64,000 bases of DNA from Phoronis australis (Eukaryota; Animalia; Phoronida). The DNA lies in contig NMRA01000634.1 of NCBI GenBank assembly GCA_002633005.1, positions 62,001-126,000 on the forward strand. The letters run 5' to 3'. This document shows, one piece after another, positions 1 through 12,900 of the stretch (positions are counted from its first letter, which is position 1; each line of letters starts with the position of its first letter). Made by a program: the position numbers and the translations under genes. Under the pieces are notes generated by a model. It made no database searches. It saw only the letters and a program-made list of their open reading frames with translations, and had not been told where the DNA came from.

Positions 1-775
1 GCATAAATTCACGCATCCTAAACACAAATTCAACCCCAGTGGTTCTTTTTTCACATTTTAGATATACTTTAATCATATCCAGCTTCCCTATTTCAATAGT
101 CGTCCACGACAGTGGTGTAATTCTAATGAAACGTGATTTGCGGTAACCTTAAAAGGACACTATACCCGGCTTGGGTGTATCAACAGCTAATTAAACGACA
201 TTCCGTCCAGTTCTTTGAAACGAAATAATGCTCTGTAATTCTCGACTACCGTAAAATTTAGAGGAAAATTTGAAAACTCCGTTCAGAGTTTGCTAAACGG
301 GCAAGCGTGACCTACGCTTTTAACGAATTGCACTTCAACTGTGGGAAAAGACCACCTAGCAAGAACGATAATGTCCAATTTGTGAAACAGAGGGTGTGAG
401 TTATTGGTTCATTCCGGCTTTTATCTGTGAAGATTGACCCCAATGATGCAGTACCAGGTGACCGAACGAGAACTGCTTGAAATCATCAAAACACTTTAGT
501 ATCTTTTAAGGGTATACGGTTCTCCACATCTTAAGGGTGCTCAAGGTCGTGTAAATACAATAAGCGATCATGTAAGCAGCAAAAGGCCTACCAATCTAAC
601 GAGCAAACCAGAGAACAGGTGCATTAGTGGTCGTATGATCATACAACAATGGTATTTGAATGTCACTTTGTGAATGTTCGCATTAAACTGAGATTTTCCG
701 GGATGGTTCGATTTTCGCATGACTAGTGAGAAACATTGAAAAGTGCAATTATGTGGAACTCACGAGTGCAAACCA

Positions 776-1003
776 CATGCGCGCACCCAGGGGGGGGCTC
801 GGGGGGGCTCGAAAGAAGTGGCGATGTGGGCAAAATGTCGGCCTCAGAGAAACAAAAACCCCGAAAAAGTAGAAAACGAGATTAACAAAATTCGGCGAAT
901 GTACAATTCCTAGCTTTGAATGTACCCCGCGAATCTTAGTAAAAGGTCTACATTCTCAAAAATTCGAGCCCCCGCCCCGCATGTTAGGCTACGTGCGCGC
1001 ATG
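776..1003. mobile_element. MITE with CATGCGCGCAC terminal inverted repeats
   Basis: catgcgcgcac...gtgcgcgcatg; same ends at 2755-3016 and partial ends near 36845, 48602 and 53032. Confidence 0.7.
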
Positions 1004-1199
1004 AATCAGCACTACAAATAGATGAATATTTAAATGCAACATTCAGTGCAAAAGACGCAGATGTATTATGATACAGTCGACGAATTAAGGTTATGTAGGA
1101 CTTGTCTGTACATTTAGCCTAATATCAACAAAACAATAAAATTTAACTCGGCCAGAGTATATATTTCCTGTAAGTAGAAATTGTGTACTAGAGTCTCTC

Positions 1200-2400
1200 A
1201 AACAGCCTCAGGATGGTACTGGGTTTTGAAATGCTGATGATCGAAGATTATTGCAGATCTTGACCACAAATTACAACATCTGCTATTATAAATAACACAA
1301 ATTAGACTGCAACAGTCATCAAAGAAGTTGTACACCTCAAGAAAACACAAACGAAGACACGCTGGCGCACGCTTACCACACAAGGTTGGGCAGTGTACAT
1401 TTTGCTGTCAACTATATGAGTTTCACAAGCGCACGTGTCCTATTATGGCCAAAGGACGTGAAAAATGCGGAGGATGAAACCATTTCGATGTGCAAGAAAT
1501 CATAACACAAACATGATCAGCTCCAACTATAATAAAACGTTATGAGTATTAATACTGTTTCCACTCACGCATGCGTACGACTGGCTATTGAGAACAAAGT
1601 TCTCAATTTGTTTAACGACATAGGGAGCCTTGTAAACAAATTAGAGGCAAGGTATATCTGTAGTATCTCCCTACAGCAGTACAAGCGTGTCTTTAAAATG
1701 TGGCACGATTCCAAGAAGACAGCCTTAGGTGAATGCCGACTAACACGAAGAAACTTAGCAAACATCAGACAAAATGATATGCGCTTTGTAGTAAGTCCTT
1801 TCGGGTTTGTATGCCTGCTTTCCAGCAAGAAGATTGTCACCGGGGTCAACAACGTCAACGGACATGAATCTGACAATACTATTGATAACCTCCGAGCTGT
1901 ATTTGGTAGAGATCTTAAAAGTTAGATTGCGTGAAGTTTACTTGACTGTCGAAGCAAATGTAACCCTAATGGTTCCCCCTGCTAAACGCATTCTTGTAGC
2001 CCTTATACCCTAACAGAAAGCTGAGTGTGCCATACATGGGTCATGTGATCAATGCAGATGGATTAAAAGCTGACTCCAAGAAGCCAGAATCCGTGATACA
2101 GATGCCAAAGCAAGAGACTGTTGTTAACGTCCAGCGACTGGGATGTTCCATCAACTGAGTTGCAAAGTTCGTCCTTCGACTTGTCGATGCCAGAGAACCC
2201 ATCCGCCTCTTAACAAGACAGATGGATTATGGAAATGGAGTGACCGTGGCCCCCTGGAAAAAAATCCATGAAGTGAATAATTTAATATCTCGTGCACACG
2301 TTCTCTGGTATTACAAGCCCGACCAGCCCATCGTAGTCTAGTGTGATTTCAGCTACAAATTAGGGCTGGAAGCGCCTTTCCTACAAGTGGAGAGTTCAAG
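1200..2400 (+). mobile_element. Highly decayed Ty3/Gypsy relic
   Basis: Broken gag knuckle (CTFC...H...CP...KCGG*NHF near 1390-1490), RT end YMGHVINADGLKADSKK (about 2033), RNase H start VLWYYKPDQPIVV*CD (about 2300); many stops and deletions; boundaries approximate. Confidence 0.65.
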
Positions 2401-2754
2401 GCTAAATATGGGGGATTCACAAACGCCTTTATAGCGCCAGTCGATATTTCTTTATTTTTTACCACATATAGAAAACAGCACCATACTATATTTGAAATTT
2501 GAAACTAAACAATTTTTAAATAGGCAAAAGGAAAGCTACTGAGGTACTGGTAATAATATCAAATGTTAAAGAAAAACTGACGCATATTCAAGTATAATAG
2601 TGATTGAAAAGTAGGTAAAAAATTAGCGAGGTCAAAAGTTTGTATAGTTTGAATGGATTAATTCCAGATTTTATCATGTTGGTTCAGGGAGCGAAAGAGC
2701 AATTCGCGTTGATGGCTGTATGCAGATGGAGCATTTCATAAAGAAATGATCTCC

Positions 2755-3016
2755 CATGCGCGCACCCAGCCTTTAATACGGGGGGCTCGAATTTCTGACA
2801 TGTGGACCATTTGCTCACAAAAAAGCGGGAAGACTAAAAAAGAAAAAAAACGGGGTACTACCTTCACAGCTGTGAATTGTGCGTTTGCGCATTTGTTTGC
2901 TGGAATTTTGTCACGTTTTTTCGGACTTCTTGTTTCACTGAGGCGGATCTTTTTACCCACTTTGCTAAATGGGGGGCTCATTTGAGACCCACGAACCCGC
3001 CCTGGGTGCGCGCATG
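2755..3016. mobile_element. MITE, same family as 776-1003
   Basis: catgcgcgcacccag...ctgggtgcgcgcatg terminal inverted repeats. Confidence 0.75.
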
Positions 3017-3589
3017 TCCCCTGTGTTGATCTCTCCAACTAGACATAGTTGGTTCTATAAGAGAAATTCCGAGTCCATAAATTAATTGATTTCATAAATT
3101 ATATATGATTCACGCGCACTCATATGTGTCTAGTTACATCAACACTTTGGTTATGACGTACAGTGCAGAATCAATGAGCGTCAACAGAAATACAAGTGAA
3201 TCAATAATAATGATGTATTGTTTGTTCCAAAACTACATAGATCGATCTATATAGATTGGTGGTCTTAGGTCTGGCCGCGGTACATTGAACTTGGTATTAA
3301 TTGAAATCGTTTTGAAATTCAATGTCGTAATAGGTGGAGGCAACCTGGTAAATGAAGTCCCACGTTTTTCAAGAGCGGATTGTATGAGAGAGGCATTTCA
3401 AACTACATGTACGTCAATAGCGGAGTTGCAACCGAATCGATTTAACGATTGCGCATGTCCAGAAATTAGGGTGCGCAAAGGCTATTGGGATTGATTAGGG
3501 TATATGAAATGGTCGATTGGTTTGCACTACGTGTGATTTGTGTGCATTAATTTAAAACTACTCTGCTGTATGTAATTCTGCCGCTATTC

Positions 3590-4562
3590 GCTCATGCCCC
3601 GATAAGTGCCCCAACGCGTTTTCAGACTTTGCTAAAGTAAGCGCACAGCCCGTGAACTACCTGCGAAAAATGCCTTACCTACAGTTCTTACGTCTCCAAT
3701 TTATCAATTGAACGATCCGACAGTCCTGAATTTGTAGACCGCGAGCCTCACCGTTATGTCCGTACACATTTCAAACTTACGACGCGATTCAAAAAGAACG
3801 CAGAAGTTTTGCTGCTCTTGCGAGGGGTGTGCCCCACTATGCGGGTCTGTACTTTAAAAACAAACGCAGCGTACTTGTCAGCGGGATTGCATTGTTTCTT
3901 TCCGGTACAGATCTTCTCCGGCCTCAACCAAACTTCTTTGTACACGTGAAAACCTTGAATCGAAGACTAATAAAAAAAACTCAACCAGTGTTAGCACGCG
4001 GCCAAGAAGCGCGTGCTGCATAATGTACCGGCTGTCATCTAAGACATTTAGTCGGGAACTTTCTATTCATGAAACGGGTAACATGGCATCGGCAAGAAAT
4101 AAATATTGGCACTAATTTCGAAACTTTCTAATACCGTATAAAACTTTTGCATTATTTTTAAGAGAAATTATTTAACTAATCATAATTGGTGTTTTTAAAG
4201 TCAAAATGACCCACCGATAGTGAATACATTCTCACCCTTACACCCCAAATCTTCCGGAAAATAGCTGTTACACTACGGTCACGCATCCACTCACCCGGCG
4301 ACTCAATGAGTGACATTTACATATCGGTTTTACCGAAACATCTCGAACGCTTTTAGCAGATGAGGCCAGCAAGTGCTAAGTTAAATATTAAAACACGCTC
4401 TGCTTGACTGCTTGAGTTTACTTAATTTCTTTGGATACAACGCACACCGAGATCATTAGATCGCATTTACTCTGACAAAATGAACTCTGATGACAAGCAC
4501 ACGCACGCTTACTCTCACACACACGCATACAAGCTTCAAAACAAACGTCACGTGACAACAAC
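3590..4562 (+). repeat. Dispersed repeat, diverged copy of 63370-64000
   Basis: Shared blocks such as cgttttcaga.tt.g.taaagtaagcgc and caaacgtcacgtgacaacaac; boundaries approximate. Confidence 0.6.
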
Positions 4563-6866
4563 ATGTGTGTTCCTGCAGAGACTTTTCTCGTGTTGCGGGA
4601 TACAATCTAGCGCAGATTTGGACTTAATCTGCAGTTAATACAGACTCCACGAGAACGGAAAAATCTTGGAGGCGCTATCTGGAAAATTTGAGGAGGATTT
4701 TAGGCAATTTGGTGAGTCGAAGCTGTATTCTTATTCAAGAATTCAAACCCTATCGACGCTTGCGAGACCGGCAGCTACGCATTTGTCGGCAAGATTTCGC
4801 TCTGGGATTTCAGCACAATTTTCTGAAAAATGATCGTAATTTAACAACGAATTTAGATAGCAATGCACTACAATTTTGTAGAAAGTAAATAATAATATTC
4901 TGCACGCTTTATCTTTGCGCGTTAATGCATATAGTGTGCGTGAGTTGACCAAGAAGAGGTGATTGTGCAGAGGCATCATCCTCAAAATTGCTCATGTTGG
5001 CTTGGTTCTGGTCAAGCAAAAACAATTTTTTATCACTATCAATCGCCGTGGAGTATTTGTTACTGTTTCTTTCAAGGGAGATATTGTTAGGCAGTTTCCA
5101 AGGTACGTTTTCTTGCCGCCCTCAAAATGAGTGCTGCATACTTTATCACCGGCTACAAAGTCGGAAAGAATTCTATAAAACGGCCTTTGCTACCAGCTCT
5201 ACCGATGTCTCTGACCCATGATTAACGCAGTTCTTGATCCTTGGGAAACAGGTAGTAACTAAAATCTTTATCTCGCTAACTGGTATTATAGAATGCCAGG
5301 CACACAACACGTAAAACCTCCCTGTGGCCGGTTCGCCCCCACGCTTGACGACGTACTTGTTTACCGGCTTAACCACAATGCAACATTCTGACCCATTTCC
5401 AATATGGCAGCGTTGCAACTCAGCTTTTATAAATATAAATTATGTGCATGCATTTTGTCGCTATCGCGTCCGTCGTCCGAAATTGTAGCTTTCAAACCCC
5501 AAGCAGGATCTCCATGGTAGTGTTCCTAAAGAAACTGCATGTGGCATCAAAATTTGGATTGATCCGACGACTGCTGTGTTCCCTAGCGGCAGTGCTAGTT
5601 TTTTTGGCGTTTGCCTCTGTGTCTACCAAGTTCCTACAATGTATATGCGTTTGTAATTACATAGTATAGCCATCATCGTGACCGGAGGTCCGGTCCATAC
5701 ATGTATCTCAAAAATCGAGGTCAGATTTTGGTGAAATTTGACATACGGGCGATTGGCATCACAAATGCGGCGCATGCCACTTTGCAGTTTGCCCCAAACC
5801 CAAAGGCCAGCGGGGTCTTCTCTGTAGGAGTCTTTTCATGTTCATATCTGGACAACAGATTGGCGGATTTCAATTAAACTTTACATTCAGAGGCTTTTCG
5901 GAGAGATTCGGTCACTGCATCTCCTCCAAGTGGCCATTTGGGTATCGACTAATGCTTTTTCAATACTTTTGGAGACAACGTTTCTGGATGATACCTCAAG
6001 AACCAATTAACTGATTCCAATGGCACTTAACACAGTATGTTAGGGTAATACACCGGCAATAGTGGTTTTTTCGGGCACGATTCGGTAACTGCAGCTCCTT
6101 TTTGATATATGACAGCTTCCAGTTTTAATCCGATTCCAACAAGTGCTGTGCACTATTATGTCATTCTATTTGCAAAATTTAGATGGATGTTCTTTGCATC
6201 TGCCAATTTGTATGCGCGTAATACTGTATCCCTGTGTGGCATTTTTATTTTCCTTTCTAGAAAACTGCTCATTTTTATTTTTTCGTTTGATGTTAATTTA
6301 AAAAGGTGAGGCACTAACCCCTGTTGTCTATTCTGACTATTGTATTCAATTTGCGTCGCTTCATCCATGTACCTCATGTGAACTAATAAGCAGCCCTTAG
6401 AAACCGCTGTCAATTCTCAAGAGCGTTGAGCAACTTTGAAAATTTCTTACAAAACCTGCCAAATTGACAAACACGACTAACCCGTTGGGCAAGTTAAGTG
6501 ACATTATGATCAACTTTTTGACACAACCAGAAGGCGATGAAAATCTATCCCTAAGTAATCGTTTTGTCTCTCTGGGAAAGTGCAAGTCATGCAAGAGTAA
6601 GACTAAGACGAAACCAGGTCTTGAAAAAATCCTCAATCCAGAGCAAAATATTCCGTCCTGCATGTCACCATCTACAACCAGATTGTCATTGTATTACAGT
6701 ACAAATAACCAGCCCCGTCTTTCACCTTGTCACTATTCAATACATTAATTCACCATCGATTGACATCGTGCTTCCCCGGATTGTGTTCCTCTCTTTGTTT
6801 CATTGCTCAACAACGATCATTTAATATTAAGGCTATTGAAGTGGGGTACGCTGTTACGGCGAAGTG

Positions 6867-6915
6867 ATGTCGCGAGCGTTTGTGCTGTTGTCACTTCTTT
6901 ATATTCCTTGCTCAG
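6867..6915 (+). CDS. Exon 1: signal peptide
   Basis: ATG 6867, [16 protein letters not shown](G), basic residue then hydrophobic core; donor G|gtaagt, phase 1. Confidence 0.75.
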
Positions 6916-9900
6916 GTAAGTGGGAAAGCTTTTTGATAATTTAGAGAGACACTAGAAAATTTACGAAACATGGCCTAGCAAAGGGATGTTATGCTACTGC
7001 TAACAATTACATGACATCTTTAACGCACTTTGAAGCAAAGCCTGTTGAACTTACTTCATTCTGAAACTGCATGAAACGTAATCTACGTTGTTAGTCGCCA
7101 TGGAATTGGGTGAAATATTTTCTATCTGAAAGTCTTTTGTTTAGCGCACACACCAGACATGTGTTTCGCATACATTTCAACGAAACAAATACGATAGGAT
7201 AAAGTGCCATATGGCGGTACAGTCAAGAAGATTTTGCTTGCAAAAACTGCCTAGGTTACGTGGTCAACAAGCTATGACGAGTGTAATTACGACAGACTGC
7301 TCGGAATCACATTGATCCTTGACCTGCTTCCCGTTCAGTAACGCTAGGACCTCGCTAAAAAGCAAGATTTTGTGAGATTACGTGAGTAATTGCAGTGTAT
7401 TTCAAATGAGAACATGTGACTTTGACTACTATGCTTTTCAGCACAAATACGTTCATCAACTCCACGAGACTAGTTACATACAATTTAAATGATGCAAATG
7501 TATTAATTTGAAATTTTTTACTACTTTTAACAGGTTATTATTTTATTAAGTATTCGAGCAAATCAGTTAACACCAGTCCTGGTGACGAAGAGACACACTG
7601 GGCAGTTACAGTGCCACAGTGTGAGCGCCTTTGTGAGCAGTGGTCGCCATGCAAGTCATTTACCTACAGTGCTGGAGACGGGAAGTGCACACTATACAAA
7701 CAAGACAGGAACTACTTTATAGGGGCCGGACACTATGTCACCCAATCGGGAGTCGACTTTCGCGACAGAGGTAATTTTATTTAAACCTCGTGTAGATAGT
7801 CGCCATTCTTTCTTCTTGTAGTTGCATTGCTCCGTGTAAATGGCTCTAATGGAACTGGTCCAACGTCTAAGGCGCACCTTCTGCAAATCATTATTTACAT
7901 CTTATTTTATACTATTGTGTATACTAGTTATGATCAAGAGTAATTCGGAATCGTCGCGCTGCGGCAAAATCACCCCATGTATGCTTTAGTGTTTTGTTAA
8001 GCAATATATTGTGATATTAAATCTCGAAATATTGTCTCTCTTCGAGCGCGAAATTCTGTGAATTACAAAATCATTTAGTCATACGGCTATTTTTGGTGTG
8101 ACCGTCCTCCAGAGAGAGGGGGGAGGGAGGAGCATTGAAGCCTATGAATCTCGAAGGCAAAAGCCAATACTCATCGATAAACACGTAATACAGGTAAGCA
8201 ACAGAAAATACGATAATTATTATTTCCCATGCATACGCTTAACATACGAATGGAAGACAAAATACGAAACCAATGGTATGAGTACTTCAATAAATAAATG
8301 AATAATGGCCAACGATTTTCATGTAACTTCGTGAGCCATTTTAAAATTCTGTTCCTGAAACTCATTAGATGTCGGTATCTGCCTTAGGAGAGTCTGCCCT
8401 GAAGCAGCCTCTTGTGTTTGACTGGCACAAAAGATTCAAAGATGCAAAGGACAGTCTCAAGGATGGCCAGCTTAAAGCCATGCTCTCCACAACAATGACG
8501 TCGTTGTACCGGCTGCTGCTCCATCAAAACTTATGGCTGACAGAAATTTGACCAGTTGGGGGACATGTACTTGGTTGCAATCTCGTTTGGAACCTGACAA
8601 AAGAGTTTTTGGGGGATTTGAATAGGATGCCAAGAAAATTTGTGGCAGGTCAAAAGGGAACAGCGTGGACACAAAGTCATTCTGTCTTGTGAACGTGGCA
8701 CTGAATACACGAAACACGTCAACATTTTTGTTCGTTTAACTTATTCCGATTCAACATAACTATTTTATTACTTGTATGGGTGTTCATACTTTTTATTGCG
8801 TTACTTGTTAGAGATCATATCCAGATGAATCTGGTTTGATTTCATCATTTTCAAGGTACCCAGAATTCTTTGCAGATTTATTTTTCATTGCGCTGGTCTA
8901 AATGGGGAGCAAGTTGTATTGACAGACCATGTTGTCTACCTGAGACAGTCGTATCCCAAAGAACCCAATGTACCCGTTTCGTTTGTTCACTGCCAAACCC
9001 ACATATCTACCCCAAACACAGCGTGTCTATTTCTAACAAGATCTGTGATATTTTATTAACTTCCTTTTGGTCACTTCTGTATTTCAGTCATGAGCTGCTA
9101 CTTCGACAGTATCGCCAAGAGTAAACTGAGTTACGTGAATAAAACCACAACTGCAGCGGATTATCTGGTTTGCCAGCAACACTGCCTGGATGAAACAGCG
9201 TTTGATTGTAAATCGGTGAACTATTACGCCAGCACGTCGACCTGTGAGTTGAATCATGAAAATGTGGACACTGTTACATCGGTCGCTCAATGGTATTCAA
9301 GCTCCACCTCACAGTATTATGGCAAGACATGCCCAGACAATCGTAAGCAAAATTTTTCTTCATAGTACATGTATCTCACAGTAACGACATACTGACGCTT
9401 TCAAACTGGTCAAGTTGCGTAATTTCCGCCATTGAAATTGCACAGCAGCCAGAAAGTTCTGGCAGTCAACTTTATTAAGTAACATTCAATGTCTTTGCTT
9501 GGAAATATCAGCATATTCATGAATGTACGTATGTTTCATTCAGTTGGTTTCGGACATTTATCTTTGACACAACGATTAAGATATTAAATCGAAAATACTG
9601 TCTTACTTAACTTTATGGTGTAATCCCATTGTAATTATAATCTCACTGTATTGTGAGCATGCCAATATGAAATACGATTTCTGACAACGTTTCTCATTGA
9701 ATTGTAGCATGTCAAAGCGGTTGGCATACATGGCGCGGGCAGTGTTACAAGTTTGTCACCGAAAAAGCTCCTGCGCACTCCAGCAACGCGTGGCTTAACG
9801 CCGTCGAAGGATGCGCTGCGGAGTCGAGTGTGTTAACGAGTATAAACAGCGCACAGGAAATGGATTTCATAAAAATCTTGGCAACGTAAGTTTTTGGTTT

Positions 9901-12900
9901 GTGAGTAAGAGTAACAGCGCACATGAGGATGGTATTTGTAGTTCAGTCAATATGATGTAAGTTGTGTGAATCCTATGAAACGAGAACAAGTCATGATTAC
10001 AAAAAAGTTACTCTCCTAATAAAAACCAATGAAAAGAATTCATTTGAAAACCATGTTTTACTTCCCGCCTAATGTTTAATCAAACACTTGTCTTCATTTA
10101 TCTGGCCTGCGACAGTTTTTTGTCTAGTTTGGAGAGGTCACGTAAAAAAGGTTAACGAACATGTGCTGTTTTGTGAATAAACTGACGACCTTACCAATGT
10201 AATACGGAAAAATAACTGTCATTGAAATGATTGATCGTCTAAACTAGAATGTTGAATTATGAGAACAAACGGCCCATAGATTGCTGTTGTTCCGTAAAAC
10301 AGGAAGTTTCGATCAAGTGTCGCACGATGGATTGGCATTACGGAGTGCACAACAATATTCACCACATTATATCTGAAGGTTTAAAAGTGCTCAAATGTGT
10401 CAATATGCAATAGAAAAAAAATCACCTTCATTTCAGAAAATATTACCCGACCAGCAAGTTTTATATTGGACTGTCATACGGCATCCATGGTAACGAGTGG
10501 ATTGACGGGTCTGCTACTTTCTTCACAAACTTCGACCATGGTAAGTGTAACTATTTATCGCCACTTATTTTCGCGAATTCTAACACAACGAGAATTACAC
10601 ATAGCAAAGTAAATTGATATTTTTGTTATTTTATGGCAACGTCGAGGTGATGGGCATTACCTTCACTCCGTCACACCTAACCCAAATTGCCAGTTTAATG
10701 ACAGGAGCCGAAACCACGTTCCATGACGACGGATCTAAATCCCACTTCCGGATCAAAGGATTCCGCACGTTGCGAAAATGCTTCATACACAGTATCCAAA
10801 CTTCACTTCCGGGACCAAACTTCAGTTCCTAGGACCGGTCTCTGGGTAAGGAATCTGGTCTCCGGGACTGGAGTGTGGCTACCAGAATGGAACATATTCG
10901 TTGTGTACCGGGGCACTGGGGATTCGATATCTAGTGGTAATTGGATAGCGTTGTAGTTAGCCAGAGACGAGGCCATGAAATGGTGTCTGTGATCTGAACA
11001 GAAGGAGATTCATTTTAGTTGATAACGTCAGTTTTTGGCCACGATAGGATAACAAAAACGGACAATCGCCGCACAGGTGAAAAAGTTCATATTGATTCAA
11101 CGTTTCGTCTATTCATTAGTCATCATCAAGTTCCTGTCGACAGTCAAGTTACATCCATTAAATGAAATGAGTGTAAAAACAATGACACTATGACAGGAAA
11201 TAGTAAATAGGTCATCACCATAGATGTGTGATCACTGAGGCCTGCATGCTATTCAGAGAACCAGCAGCATGCTGGTCCTGAATGTCCCTGACTCTTTCAT
11301 GTAAAGCAATTCCTTTATAGGTTCTTTACAGATTTTAATTGACGTTTTGTGTCATCAAGCCCAGAATATACTTTCTAGATCCATTTCAATTCCCGGTGTG
11401 GCCTCGACAGTGTTTTAAACAAGGTTTCCCAGGCCGATCCAGTCCTGAAACAATGTCCTTTTGAGGGAGTCCAGTAACCAGTTGTTCCTATTAAAAATTC
11501 AGTTACATGAATAAGTTCGAGCTACGGGTGGGAAATAACGTCGACAAAATAATTCAAATAAACCTGCGTTCTTCCGGAAGACGGGGTGGATTGATTTTCG
11601 CATCAATATTTCATATACGTGCAGGCGAATGTTATTATTCATTGTTTAAACGTTGGCTATTACGCAAGCACCTTACTGATAAAGGCTAAGAAAACTATTC
11701 TCATTCTAGAAGATTTTTCCTTACGTGGCTGTATGCCCTAAATTTTCCGCAAAACATTTGTTGAATTTGGAAAGTGTATTTCTATGAAAGTAACAGCGGA
11801 TGGCGACGATTTTCGGACGCATCTGACAACTGTTGTTCCCCCTAGTGGCAATTTTAGTTTTTTATACTTTCCACTGTAGCTTTGAAATTTGTTTCCAGTT
11901 GGATTTGACAAATTTACGCCACCTAGTGGTATTATCATTATTACTTGGCTTCTGCCTATCCATCGGCAAAAACAATGTAAAGTTCATTATTAAAACTGAT
12001 CTATGAAATGCGCATAACTGACATTGGTTTTGGGACGGATTTAATATTCTGTTGCGCCGCCTTGTGGCAAGTTTGCTGTTTTCGCGTTTGCAGCTGTTTC
12101 CCCCTAAACCGCTGCAGGATCTTTTTGAAATGTGATTAGTGTTCCTCTCATGGCAGTTTCAGTTTTTCGTTTTCCTCTTCTCTTAAAGAGGCATTTTCGG
12201 ATGGATTTTACTGATTGAACGGCACATAGTAGCCATTTTGTTGCTAACTTTTTTCGAGTTTTGGTGTTCGCCTCACTGTCAGCCATTATTGTGAAACCTG
12301 GCAAACGTGTTTCCGCCCAGAGGGAAGTGCATGTCTTACGTTGATTTACAGACAGATAAACCTGTTGTAGCGCCCTCTAGCGGCATTTTGCCTGTAACTC
12401 TGAATATACAAATATTCTTTATGGATCTTAAAGAAAATGTGCATGTGTTTTGCTGTCAAATTCTAGTGTAGAGTACATTAGTGGCAAGTTTCTTTTTCTT
12501 TGCACTGGTCTTGATATAGATCAAGTTCCCCGTTGCTCTAGGTAGGATTATTGTTGCATGGATTTAAAATTCACAATAGCTATAAAACATAAACATTCGT
12601 TAAGTTTTCTTTGTGGTTCTACTACAAATCGACAATTCTCGTCATTGTCTGTCAGACATTCGCTGAAATCGAGGCCTGTGACTTTTGCGTTGGTTTGGCA
12701 GTGAGATAAATGATGCGTAAAAACGTTAAGTGGATGGAGATTTTGCAGGACTTCCTTCTGCAGCACATTTTTCTCGTGAGCAACATATTCTTACATGTAA
12801 TGGTATGTGAAGACAAGTGATATCATCAGCTCTAAATTGTGTTACATTCTGACTTGAGTTTAGTATTGAAAATCTGTAAACTAGTGCTGATAAGGCCATT

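Noticed and set aside
5417-6110. Coding or promoter element upstream of the main gene
   Set aside because: It resembles a non-coding interspersed repeat (cgtccgtcgtcc motif, internal sub-repeats; similar to about 15080-15400) and could not be classified with confidence.
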